The notes below the pieces were generated by a model. The model made no database searches, was not told the origin of the DNA, and worked only from the letters and a program-made list of their open reading frames with translations. From Sarea resinae (lineage: Eukaryota): a DNA stretch of 64,000 nucleotides. Positions 40,086 to 52,899 of this stretch are shown piece by piece. How positions within the stretch are numbered: the stretch's first letter is position 1; every line of letters starts with the position of its first letter. A program made the translations under genes and the position numbers. The stretch lies in contig JAPEUD010000047.1 of assembly GCA_026026165.1 (NCBI GenBank), positions 62,001 to 126,000 on the forward strand, written 5' to 3'.

Positions 40086-41390
40086 CTACGGTCCAGGCTG
40101 TACATATGTTTCAAGCCGTTTTTTGAACTCATCCAAACGGTCCTCTACGCGGACACCATTCCATGTCTCGCCTTCTGTGTCTTGAACGAACGTAGGCATC
40201 CCCACTTGCTCGATGGCGAAACTGGCTGCCACAGATCCCCAGATGGCGGCCTCCTCGAGATTCTGCAAACCAGGCTGTGGTCCTCCCCTGACCAGGCCCA
40301 CGGCAAGTCCACCAAGAAACCCGTTGCCGCCTCCGGTAGGATCAACCACTTTGCTATTACCACCATCGGGAACGCTCGGTTGGTGATATGGAGGCAGCCA
40401 CTTGGCTCCACGTGGAGAGGCGATATAGCAGCCCACCTTCCCCGCTCGAATGACTATCGCCCCATTCCTGTGAGGTCCAATGCCCCAAGCCAGCCATTCT
40501 TGGCATCTGTGCGCAATTCGTGCAGGTTTCACTTCTCCGCTATCTCCATCGACAGGGCCCAGGGTAAAAAAGGCATCAAACTCGGCATGGTTGGGGCTCA
40601 CGACATCTACAAGTCGTAACGCCTCGAGGCAATTCTGAAGCTCCTCTGGTGTGCAAAGATCCGGCACCGGCTCCCAGATGAATAACGGACGCTCAAGGGG
40701 CTTAGTCGGACCGTGTAGTTTCTCCCGCAAGGATAATATGTTCTCCACGAGACTGATACATCGTGTGGGAGAGCAGATTAGATGGAAGGATTTGGAGCGA
40801 AGGTGAGAAGGCGGTAGGGAGTCATGGTCCAATCGAATCTTGGGCGTAAGATATTTAAACGCTTTAAACCGGTTAGCCGTAGTGCTCCTCGAGAGACCAA
40901 AGGAGGTGATATATGCCAACCTCTTTTCTCATCCTTGTCATATCCATTCCAACCTCTCGTCGTCAATCTTTCAGGGGTTTCCCTCAACACACAGGCCGTG
41001 TCCCAGCCGCGGATGATGTCTCGAATCTCGGGAGGGAAATCAGAGCCGGCGTCCACGATCCAGCCGACGGAGCGCGACTGCGGGGGTGAGGAGAAGATGC
41101 GTGCGCCGACGGCCGAGTATGCTCCCGCGCCACCGATGATATCTTTGACGGGGGGTGTGGGAGGCTGATAGTAGATCTCATCTGGCAGACTACGATTCAG
41201 TGGAATTTACTAGGTAGATAATTCCTCGGTGCGAGGCACGTTTGACGGTGGCACATTTGATGAAGAGAGCATTGGAATCTAGAACTGGGAAGGCGGCCGA
41301 GGACATACCAATGATGAACATGCCCAAAGTGCAGAAGTCAATCGCAGGAGATCCTTCGGCCTGAGGCTCCAGATATACCGAAGATGCCAT
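40086..41390 (-). CDS. MAK32: PfkB/ribokinase-family protein Mak32
   Basis: Three exons. DFCTLGMFIIDEI, IIGGAGAY, GWIVDAGSDFP, FKYLTPK, FIWEPVPDLC and VVDPTGGGNGFLGG. Confidence 0.9.
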
Positions 41391-42084
41391 TTTCATTCCT
41401 CACAATCGGCAATGGACAGTATCACGCACTGCAGCCATTGAAGGCGTATCTTTTCGAATCCATGGTGGTGATCGTGAGGAACCGGGTAGATGTCGCGTAC
41501 CGTACCGAGATGCCCCTCGGCCCCCTCGGCCCTCCAGCTGCTGCGTCCCATAGTAGGGAGGCTCCAGCTGTCTAGAGGGTAAGTGGGAGGTTACGCAGCG
41601 ACGGGATGCACAGCGTACGCAGCCGGACCAGGTGAGATCGAGGCTTTTCGCGATCAATTATGCTCCTCTGCCGATGCCTTCACGTCTGCTACGATGACTC
41701 TCCGGTGACAGCTGGAGCATCAGGGGTCTCGTCTACGCCGACAGTACAGTAGTTGCAGCTGTAGAGATACCTTGCGCAGTTACGAAGTCAACGAGATCAA
41801 AGAGGACACGAACTGATTAGATCTACTATGCTCCGTATACTACGTAGATGTTCAAGTTACCTGTTCCTTCTTTCTCTTCATCTCCCGGACCTCTTCTGTC
41901 GTCCTCAATCCACCTCATATTCCCACCGAGTGATCCTCCCCTTTCGCCCCCGAGAGAGTCTCTTCTCCTTGGCAGCTCGACCGGCACCGTGCATTGATCC
42001 GACATCTCACAGCCTGCAGCTTCCCACGCGAGCACAGGATTGCCGCTCTCTCCTTACTTCCACTCCAAGTAACTCTCCACAGCC

Positions 42085-44065
42085 ATGGCGGCGAACAATA
42101 TGCACAATTTGACCACCCTCATCAAGCGGTATGCAACTTACTTTTCTTCTCCATCAGCTCCACAGCTCGCCCCATCATCCGCCCACGCCCTGACCTGAAC
42201 GTCTGCCATCTGCCATCTACGGCTTGCGCGACGGACGCTCACTCACCATCATGCCCGAGAACGTGCTGACCCTGCTCCTTTCCAGGCTTGAGGCTGCGAC
42301 CTCTCGGCTGGAGGACATGGCTCAGGCTGCCATGGAACCTCAAGCCTTGACCGGTGCAACTCAAGCTCCTCCGGAAGTTGCGGTAACGCCCTCTCTCTCG
42401 ACTCCCGCCTCCGCGCCAGCCCCGGTCCCATCCCCTCGTGAACCTTTACCACCTGCGATTGAGGACTTTGATACCCTGATAAACGGTGATGTGAAGTCGT
42501 TTGTGAATATGAGTGAGGAAGTGGGAGGACTTATTGCAGAGCAGGTATGGATTGAGTTGCGCCGTTCTCTTGCTGTACTGTCCTTATGAGCACCATACTG
42601 ATGGATGATGATCTAGGCTGCCGAGGTGCTGCGGGCATTCGCTGCTGAACGAAAATTCCTCATCATCACCACCAAAGCAAAGAAGCCCGACATTCAATCC
42701 TCGGTCTACATGGAGATCTTGACCGAGCTCCAGAAGGAGATGAGCGCTGTCAGTGATATCCGTGAAGCGAACCGGACATCACCCTTATTCAATCATCTTT
42801 CTGCGGTGTCAGAGGGCATTGGAGCCCTTGGTTGGATTACCATTGATCCCAAACCCGCCGATTTCTTGGGAGATATGCTTGGAAGTGCACAGTTTTATGG
42901 AAACCGAGTCTTGCAGGAGTACAAGGAGAAGTATGACAGTCCTCGAGGTTCAATTTCCTTGTTGCTGACTCCTTTAGGGATCGTGTCCACGTTGAGTGGG
43001 CTCATTCCTGGTATCGCATTTTCAAGTCTCTTATCGCGTACGTGAAACAACACTATGCAATGGGAGTCACTTGGAACAACAGAGACGGCATCGACGCGAA
43101 AGAAGCACTACAGGAAGTCAATGCCGGGACAGAATTCCCCAAATCACCCCCATCTGTCCCCGCCACGACACCAGCACCAGTCCCGGCTGCCGGCGGTGCT
43201 CCTCCCCCACCACCTCCTCCACCGCCCCCACCGCCACCACTCCCACAATTCGAAAATCTACCACCAGCTTCTAAGCCCCAGTCGTCAGCTCCCGACATGG
43301 GTGCCGTCTTCGAAGATCTAAACAAAGGCGAAGCCGTCACCTCCGGGCTAAGAAAAGTCGACAAGAGCCAGATGACACACAAGAATCCCTCACTTCGAGC
43401 CCAGGCCCCAGTACCCACCCGCAGCGCAAGCCAAACCAGCGTCTCATCCTCGCGCGGCAAGTCTCCCGCCCCTCCAGGCAAGAAGCCCAAGCCTGAGAGC
43501 ATGAGAACGAAGAAGCCACCAAAGAAGCAACTCGAGGGGAACAAATGGATCATTGTGAGTCTCTTTAACACCCCCACCATCCTAGTCCTCTGTCGCCGTT
43601 ATCGCAGCTCATGATCTTTCGCAGGAAAACTTCGACAACGAATCTCAGCCCATAGAGATCGAAGCGCAAATATCGCACTCAATCCTGATCTCACGCTGCC
43701 GCAACACGACGATCCGGGTCATCGGCAAGGCGAACGCCATATCGCTGGACAACAGCACAAGGCTCTCCCTGATCATCGACTCCCTCGTTTCCTCAGTCGA
43801 CGCCATCAAGTGCCCCAATTTTGCCCTGCAAGTACTCGGCACCCTTCCCACGATGCTACTCGACCAGGTTGATGGCGCCAGTGTATATCTGAGCTCCGAA
43901 AGTTTGGCTACTGAGCTCTTCACCAGCAAATGTACCGGTATCAATATCAATGTACCGCCGGCCAATGAGGAGGACGACTACAGGGAATGTGCGTTGCCGG
44001 AGCAGATTAAGAGCGTCGTCAAGGATGGCCGCGTTATCAGCGAGATTGTGGAGCATGCCGGATGA
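42085..44065 (+). CDS. SRV2: Adenylyl cyclase-associated protein Srv2/CAP
   Basis: Five exons. LIKRLEAATSRLEDMA, FNHLSAVSEGI, poly-Pro, WH2 (GLRKVDKSQMTHKNPSLR) and a CARP C-terminus ending VEHAG. Confidence 0.96.
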
Positions 44066-45064
44066 GTTATCAGCGCTTGTGGGCATTACGGATCGGGTGG
44101 CTTGGCATAGGCCCATCCGTCCATTGGCTTTTTCGTTCGCTCATTCCGGCGGGGTTGTACGATGAGGTTTCCTCTCCTCGTGGATGTAGAATCCGCGAGA
44201 TCGGGTAATCGATAATAGCGATGGCATATCGCACGAGTAAGGCGAGATTGGATTGAAGATCAGGGAGAACTTGACATCACATCGAACAAAATATGTACTA
44301 TAGATCATCTCTATCACCATCTTCACCGAAGCAAGAAAACAGGATCCTTTCATGTGAGACTCTTTGTTTGGTAGAGGCTTAGAGCCCTTGGTCTAGTATT
44401 TTTCTTCGAATCCATCCTTCCGTTACTACCCTCAATTCAGTTCGTTCACGGGCACGTCACAAGAGGCCCCCTCCACTTGAGTAGATCGGATCACTAATCG
44501 GCCACCCCGAGGAAGAGCCGAAATAAGGGGGGGAAAGGAGAGAAGGTAAAGGAACTTAAAGAAGAGAGCCCGAGGAGCCAAAGCAAAGATGTCAAAGTCT
44601 AGAGAAGAAAGAAGAAAGAAAAAAGAAGGAGAATAGCAAAGGAAGAAGATGACAAATCATGAGGAACTTTTTTTTGGAGAGTTGTGCCCCTTCGAATCGA
44701 TCAATAGGGCGTATTGTTGGGATCAAGGGCGGAGAAGATGTACAGTGGTTGATGGTGGTTTATGTGGTGGGGTGTGCAGGCAGGTGGCCGAGGATGGGGG
44801 GGATTGACTTTATGACTGAGATGTGTCGAGGCGGTCGGGTGAGACGGGTGATGCTTGTCATGTAAGGTATGGCTTGTCGGCAGTCGGCCACGGGACGAGA
44901 TGGTAGGAGACGGCGTATCTCAAGACACAGACGTAGCGTCTCTCTATCTTGCGGAGATCCGGTTGTCGATCAAACAGCGGCATAAGGGCAGACGGACAGA
45001 GCGCGCAGAGGGTTGGTTATTCAATGTCCCCAACCCGGACAGGAAGCACTGCTGCCGGACACGA

Positions 45065-46568
45065 CTACGAGTCTGTCTTGTCGGCGGGCTTGGTATCCAC
45101 TTTCTTCTCGTTGCCCTGCTTCTCTGTGGCGTCGACGTCGTCGTGAGGGCGTTTCTTGCTGGGGGAGGCGGCTGCGTCGGGGGCTGTGCTAGGCTTTTCT
45201 TCAGAGGTGGAGGTGGCGATCTGAGGCACGGATCTGTGGGTGCGCTGTGGTCAGTGTGTGATCTGGAGAGGAGCAGGATGGTGGAAAGGGGAGGAAATGG
45301 AAAAGGTGAGACGCACGTATTGCGGTCATCCCTTCGATCATCCCTGCGATCACGATCGCCTCGATCCCTATCGCCTCTGCCGCGCCCACCTCGACCACCT
45401 CGACCACCTCGACCACCTCGGTTTCCGCGACCCCTCCCCCTGCCTCTGTCATCTCTGAATCCCTTCGATCTATCCTCATCTCTGCGATCCCTCCAATCTT
45501 TATCTCTATCTCCACCGTCCCTCCTCGGCCCGCCTCTGCCTCGGCCCCTTCCACCCCTCCACTCACCCACCTTGATCTTCCCGGACGCAATGTCCGCCGC
45601 CTTGCCCTCTACATACACCTTCTTGCTCATGATCAGCAGCTCCTGGTCCTGCCACTTGGGCTTCGGCTCCAGCGCCAGAAAAGCCTGCTGTGTAGCATCA
45701 GAGTCGAACTCGACGAACACGCTACCCTTGAAGATGCGGTCATATGTTCGCCTTAATCTGATCGCATTCGTAGGACCGTACGGAGCAAAGAATGCCTCTA
45801 TATCAAATTGCGTCGTCGGGGTTTCCTTGCCGAAGCCCTTAGCGTAGATACTGCGGCTCTGGGCCTTGTCCTCGTAGAGCTTGACGCCCTCTTCACGAAA
45901 AGCTTGGCCATCACCGATAGCTTCGTCAAGTGGGACCTTGCGGCGGACTTGCTCGTCATCTGTGACATCGAGGATGGAGCTTTCTTTCACGGCGGCGAGG
46001 ACGGCGGAGTAGGGTTGAAAGTGGCGCATGCGCTTGAAGGAGTGGATGACCTTGAGGGGGACGGGGTTGTTCTTCGCGCCGCCTACTTTGGAAAGTAGGA
46101 AGGCATCGAGGGGAAGGTTGGAGTCGGAGAAGTAGAATTCCACCTGGTGGAGGATATTAGATATCAAAATAGTGGTCATTGAGTGAAGTAGAAGTGATGA
46201 TTTACCTGCTTGCGGATCTCGTCGGGATCACTGCTTTCCTCTTGAGCAGCAAAGTCCGATTTGACGTTCTTGCTGTAGTCCCTCGGCTTTCCGCGATAGC
46301 CGCCTTCTTTGTTGTCGCGGCTGTCTTTCTCCTCGGTCTTGGCTTCACCGTTGGCCTTTGGCTCCTCTGTCGGCTTTTTCTCATCAGCCTCTATGGCGCC
46401 GTTTTCCGCCTCCACGTCCTTCTCTCCGTTGGACTGCTTGACTTCATCCTGCGAAGTCTTCTCGGTCTCGGCGCCCTTTCCCGTCGCGGCTTCGAGCTGA
46501 GCCTGCTCTTGAAGATCCGTCGGCTTCGCCTGGTCGTTGGCAGCAGTGGCGGTCGCTGCGTCGGCCAT
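45065..46568 (-). CDS. LHP1: La protein (La motif plus RRM, RGG tail)
   Basis: Three exons, last intron 45316-45234. IRKQVEFYFSDSNLPLDAFL, FKRMRHF, RSIYAKGF, FKGSVFVEF and C-terminal KKRPHD. Confidence 0.94.
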
Positions 46569-47146
46569 TCTGATGTTCTAAGCTTAGTTATCTCTTGGTA
46601 GCTTCAGATTCGACTGTAATTCCTGTTGGCTCTGCCTGAGAGTAAATGAAAAGTCTTTGGGACGGCGACTAGAGCGGAGACGTATTTGAGTGGGATGGTG
46701 GGGGAGTGCGACTTGAGAAAAAGTTGGAGGTTGAAGCTACCCAGCTAGCAGTAGCGTCTAGAGGTCACTGTAGCACTGTGTACCTTAGTCCGTAGGCAAT
46801 CGAAGAGACAACCAGGTCAGTTGAGAGTTCCAGAGAAGCTCAAGATCAGCTTATGAGATGGTCAATAGCAAAGATGAATCCATGGAGTGCATTAAATGAA
46901 GGGTAGCCTATTGTCGAGACCAGATGACAGCCCGGTATCAAAATGCCCATTGTAGGCACTGTACTGTCGAGTAGCCATAGACATCAATGATGAATGCTGT
47001 GTGCTTCGGGCATTTCCGTTTTAATTACCTCTTTGGGTCTAGTCTGAAATGCTTCCGTCTTCCATCTTCCCTTTTCTAATCTTGACACGAAATACTGCTA
47101 CCTATCCATCACTTGACGACCGACAGGCCCATATTAGTCTGCCACG

Positions 47147-48550
47147 ATGAGGAAGAAGTTTCATGGTCTGAAAAGACCGGTAAATACCCCCGACACTCTT
47201 CTAAAAGGGGCATCGCAGCATGTGCTGACGAATTGACAGAAAATTCGGCAATCATGGCACAAATTCAACCTCTACAACCTCTCCCGTCAGCGTCTACCTA
47301 ACGCCGACGTGAAGACCTTCTTTCAGCAGAAATGGAATGCTAAGGCTCTGACCAGAGCCTATCACGGCGAGCAAATTCGTGAGAAGCAATGGCAGCGCAT
47401 GTTCCGTCCCCACATGGCCTCCGTTGTCCCCATGAGCCATCAGTATCTGGCGAGGTTTGATGGCTCGGAGCAGGCCGCTGGAAGAGGCTCGGGACTGGAT
47501 AAGAACTTCTCAGAAGAAGAGCGACGGTCTCCACAGAAGACGCCGTACATGAACATGGTCTATGCGCCCACGGAGAGAAGATTGGACACGGCTATCTTCC
47601 GGGCACTCTTTGCCAGCAGCACGCGACAAGCTAGGCAATTTGTGGTGCACGGGTTCGTCAAGGTCAATGGCAAGAAGGTAGGATACATCATTACGGTGAA
47701 CAACGATGGCCGCTAACCTACCTAGATGATCTATCCAGGCTATCTCCTAAACCCAGGCGACATGTTCCAGGTCGAGCCCGAGCGCGTACTTTTCGGCACA
47801 GGCGCCATGAAGAATAAAGAGGAGCGTAAAGAGACGCGAAGGCTGCTCAGGAACTCTGCTAAAGCTGAAGATGCCGAGGAGCCAACAGCATCCGAGTCGA
47901 CCGAGGGCGTTGAGGGCGAATCAAAAGAGGCGGCTAAGCCTTCATCCGAGGCTGAGAAGCCGCAAGATCCCAAGAAGACAATCAAATCGCTGCTGGAATC
48001 GGCCAAGAATTTCCTTGCAGACCCCTCGGAAACCCTGTCTGCCAAGCGAAAGCAGGAGCTTCGGGCCTTCCAACGCACCCTCAAGAAGACGCTATCTCGC
48101 AAGACCACCACTACATCGATTACAGACGACCTCGATGCTCAATTTCTCGAATTGACCTCCAAGCTCAAAATCTCATCACCGTCCACTTCATCCCCACCCT
48201 CAGAAACCGCCACATCCACCGAAGAACAAAAGCAATCTCCCGCAGCACAAACATCCGAGGCTGACCGCGAGTCCCTCAGCCCCGCTGATCTCTCCGCCCT
48301 TCGCGCGGCCCTCAAGGAAGCCCGCGACAATCCGATCGACCCCTCCAAGCCTTACGCTACTCCTTGGCGTCCTCGGCCCTACATGTCTGCCTTTGCCTTC
48401 ATCCCCCCTTTTCTGGAGGTCAACCAAAACATCTGCTCGGCGGTTTATCTTCGACATCCAGTGGCGAGGCCGGGCACCGCGGAGGTGCCAACGCCTTTCC
48501 ATCCTGAGACTAGTCAGTTGGCCTTCAACTGGTATCTCAGGAGGAGGTAG
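47147..48550 (+). CDS. NAM9: Mitochondrial 37S ribosomal protein uS4m
   Basis: Three exons. [63 protein letters not shown] and [10 protein letters not shown]. Confidence 0.95.
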
Positions 48551-48964
48551 TCTGGAAAATTAAAGACGGAGGATATGAATATGGGAGATCCAATTTGGGT
48601 TGTTTAAATTTTGTCTTATCGCGTACTATGTAAGATATTGCGGCTACCTGTAAGGCTAGCTCAAGCACAGAGTAGGTAGATTATGTATACATTCCTTCGA
48701 TCACTTCTCTCCGGCTCATGTCATCGAGGATTCCCAATAGATCACTAATGAATAAAACTACTAAACGATGAATAGCATTTGGATGTGAATTCGCAGATCA
48801 ATTACAGGCCGATTGGTTTCTTTATCTTGCATCTACGTGAATGGTATGCCGCTAAGCTTCTATATAAAGTCAGCCGAATTCCACCTGCCTTTCCCTACCC
48901 TCTCACCTTTCCTCGCCACCTCGTCGAACAGAGTCAGCAACTTATATCTCGATCTACCACCACC

Positions 48965-50700
48965 ATGGCAGCTCTGAGAGATGATTATTGAGCAGATCAG
49001 GATTTTCCCACGTCGGATTTAGACATGCCCAAGAAACAAGTAATGAACGTCAAGCATACAATATCAAAACACTATCGGCATCCAGCCAAATTCAAGAGCT
49101 AGGCTACCATTGTACCGGTAGCCCACTGTCTGATGGACAGGTTGGCCGCTCTCGCATTCGATGGTCTGCAACTATTGATGTTGCGAGATTACGCTCACAT
49201 CACTCAGGATGTGCCTATCCTAGCAGCTGGAAATACTAACACCAAGTTACGAAGTGTCTTGTCGAAGTTATCAACTCGGGATTGAGTCGTGAAATCATCG
49301 AAGTATGCTATTCTTGGAGGGCAAGACAAGTCCATCCTTTGCGAAGTGCGGACAAGAGAAAAGCTCAACAACACCGGCATTTTCCTGCGGCATCCGGACT
49401 GGTACATCTTGCAGCAGAATTTGCGCCGCGTTTAGAGGGCCTGGGCCTCAGATGCGGTAACCACCCAGGAAACGTCGGTGGACGCAGGGGAGACGATGCG
49501 GCAATCTTTCCAGAAGACAAGAGCCGTAGGAGACGTGCGAAACGATTGCCGAAGCAAAGTACGACGGAACGGAAACCGGCCGAAACGAATCAGGTCGAGA
49601 TCAGTGTTGAGGAACGTGCGTCCTATAAGGGCATAGACCGACGGACATACGACAAAGTGTATGGCGAAGGGAACTACCAAGTGGTAGACAACGTGGAAGC
49701 GGACTATAGGAACAATCCAGTCCGACTACAGATACAGATCGAGCAACAAGACATAGTGCACCCTATAAGAATGCGGAATTCCACAAAGGAAGAGCAAGCC
49801 TGAGCTGCCTTCGCATGTTGCCTTGCTCTGGACAGTCTGACTTGCGGTTCTTACGAGCACGGGAGCTTCGAAAGCTCTTCGTCTTAAGTGCACGGCTGTA
49901 CGCAACTCAACAAGCCATCAAGCCATTGAAAGACAATAGTCCCATATCTTATGCAGGTAGATGCTACCCGATCGTGAAGCTGCGCTTGTCTCCAGGCTGT
50001 CATATTTAGAATACAGAATGGCTTCGGATAGCCCGGAGGAGGATATGTCAGTCCTCATATACGAGACTGCCTTTTGCGACAATTTTAGAACAACACGCAA
50101 GTGGAGAAAGTCAGAATTGAGTCACCCGATGGCTCATGCGCATCTCCTTTGTCTACCCAGGTAGTCATACGTACACCAATTATATACCTTATGGAACGAC
50201 ACCTAAGCTAGCCAAGCAACAGAATCTACCGAGTTCTCTTCCAATCAGACAATCTCATCTCAGACAATGGTGTGCGTCCATGAAAATGGGAAACATACAT
50301 AATTATTGAGACATCAAAGCAGGCCGATCTGGTTTCGTATATACGATTATCTTCCCCTTTTCTGGCTTATCTCAACTACCAGGACAAGCGTACTCATGAA
50401 TCATGAATTCCAGCTATGAAGAGACCTTGCTGGCCGATTGGTACTCTCCGTAATTCAGGAAGCGGCAAGAAAGCGAACATTGTACCGGGGAAGTCTTCAA
50501 TGCTTGCGCTGATTAGGCGGTCACAGCGAAATTGTGCGGGCTTTGGGTGAGAGCTGCGTTTTGATCAGTGTTATCGCTGCTCACCAACTGCCGGACCAAC
50601 AATCCAATTGGACAGACTCAGTCTTGGTAAAGGAGGCACGCAAATGTCGAGAGCAGATTAGGTTAGAGAACTACCAAGTGTCATTGAAATTGCCTTAGGT
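48965..50700 (+). pseudogene. Decayed gene of unknown family
   Basis: TATATAAA at 48861, a pyrimidine-rich leader and CACCATGG at 48961-48968. The frame that follows is interrupted by isolated stops (MAALRDDY*ADQDF..FKS*ATIVP..STRD*VVKSS..). Confidence 0.45.
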
Positions 50701-52029
50701 TGGGCTTGGGCCCCTACCCTCAGGGACAAACGTCCAAGCGTGATAAAGAAGCTTCGGTCACAACTCCAATATGAGCATTCATGCAAAGGGGCAGGCGACT
50801 GACTTGTATGAGATCAGAGATAATAATATTGACTCAGAGATACGCGCCATTGGGTTTTAGGCCCCTGCCGGAGAGGCTCGGAGCGAACGACACATCACAT
50901 GCTCAAGGGCCTCAATATCATTCACCGTACGCTGACGTACCGGTGTATTAAGAGAGCGCAGTTCAAGCCAGCCAAGATTCAATTATCAACAATGTCTGCA
51001 GGTCGAATGGTGAATTCAGACACAAATAAATACTGCGGGAACCAACTGTATATAAGCATAGGAGCCTCCCTCCTGCCTGGTTCACTTTCGAGCTAGAACA
51101 CCTTGTGCACATTGTGCACATTGCGCATATTACATGACTGGAAAAACTTCACTGACCATCATCTAGCATTGAAACGTCGTGGCGGTAACGCATGTTACTT
51201 TTGCATCTGCTTTTATATTTGCTTTCACTTTCACCTTTGGTTTTGCTTTCACTTCTGCTCCTGCTTTTGCAATTCATTCGATAGCAACGGGAACCCTTAT
51301 AGGATACCCCTTGCTGTTCAGCTGCTAGACTGTCACGACTCTGGTCCTAAGACCAGGGAGTGAGTGCGGGCAGATCAGTCTGGCAGCCTAGCAATACAGG
51401 CCAGCCCCTCTGCTAGAATCTAGCAGGTCATTCAACAGGCCAAGTTAGTGCTAAGGGACAGGATCTAGAGGATAGGGATAGAACGGCATAAGAACAGGAG
51501 ATAGCTAGGGCAGAGCAAAAGCACCTCGAAGGTGGCACATGTTAGTATGCTTTTGGAATATTTTACCAGAAGGGCAGGGTGAGTCAGCTTGATTCTAATG
51601 ATCCTTCCCCAGTGATAGAGTTCTAACTTTTTTTCTAGCTGTTTATCTCTAGCCCTGCATATCCTCCTCTAGGAACTAGCGACAGCAATACCACCCCACC
51701 CCTTCTAGCCAGCAAAGTAAGACAGATTTGGCATTTAGATAATCTCAACCGCGCTCGACATCCGGTCAAGGCCTTAAAGGGCAAGAAGGCACTAGAGGAG
51801 ATCTGGATAGGAGAGGAGAGGATGACTACCTCTGACTGCAGGCAGAGGATTCGATTGACGATAGGTCAGATGGTGGAAAGGAGGATTCCAGCATACAAAA
51901 GGCGATTTCAGTATACAAAAGGCGATTATTCTCACTTCAGCCTGCCGGTCCATCCTAATCCCATGAAAGCTGCAGTCCAGCTACTCTTAGATGAGAGCAT
52001 CCATGTATAGTGCTAACACATTTTGACAG

Positions 52030-52487
52030 AAAAAGTTCTCTCATACTGGCAACCTACGCGTGCAGATCAAGAGCCGTGAGAAGAAGGTGGTCCTGGTAAC
52101 CCGAGGAGCCATGAATGCGGCGGAGAAGAAGGGCATGATGAGTGAGCAATTGTCAGTGATAATACATTCATAATGTATTGCTAATATATTATTTAGAAGG
52201 CTACAAATACCTCATGGAATGTGTTGATGCTGCTGCCGCCGGGAAGCCTGTGCCCACTGGTAATGCGAAGAATCCTAAGGAGGGGTTTACTAAGGTATTT
52301 AATAGATTCATAATCTATTGATAATCTACTGCTAATCTATTACCAGTGTCACTACTCCTACTTAGAATGCTGCTCCTGTGTGGTGGCAGTTGGCAATCAC
52401 ATGCGGAGGGCCTATAAGATAAAGGACTCAGGGGCTACCAATAGCCGTATATCTCCGGCATTTACGAGGATTCAGTGCCTGTCGTAA
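52030..52487 (+). pseudogene. Spliced ORF remnant with a C2H2-like fragment; 5' end unresolved
   Basis: Exons 52030-52141, 52197-52294 and 52347-52487 have canonical donors, branch points and acceptors. They join into one open frame of about 116 codons starting KKFSHTGNLRVQI. Confidence 0.5.
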
Positions 52488-52899
52488 CGTATACGGCCAG
52501 CAGTTGAGAAGCAGATGGGAGATGAGCCGTCACTATTCCTCGCAAGTCGGGATAAACAAGCAAAGCGTTGGGCAAAGCCTCGCTGCTCAGGTCGCGTTCT
52601 CGCGTGATCTATTGTGCTACATCCGGTGCTTATTGACCGGCAGACCTTATATATCTGTATCAGGTAAGGCTCATTTTGCGAGCGAAGAAGAGAGCGGTAA
52701 GGAAGCAGGCTGGGGAAATCCAGAAGGCAGGTCGTGCATCTGGCCAATCAAGAGATGCAAGAGGAAATCAGATATAAGGGTCAGTCCGATGCCGAGGAAC
52801 CAAACAGCAAAAATACTTGACGCTTCACCTGCACATGCTGGATAATAAAACGCTATCCAACAAGCTTGCTCTGACGAAAATCTCACTTACTCAGTCCAA

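Noticed and set aside
44944..45316. Long open frame through the last LHP1 intron, and the antisense 330-aa ORF
   Set aside because: The spliced frame gives a plausible acidic/NLS tail; the open frames are explained by low-complexity, GC-rich sequence.
46988..47047. ATGATGA..CTGA in the LHP1/NAM9 divergent promoter
   Set aside because: The putative guide matches rRNA only with a gap and the wrong spacing, and the terminal stem is weak.
48551..48700. Puf-like TGTA motifs in the NAM9 3' UTR
   Set aside because: Too short and degenerate to support without conservation data.
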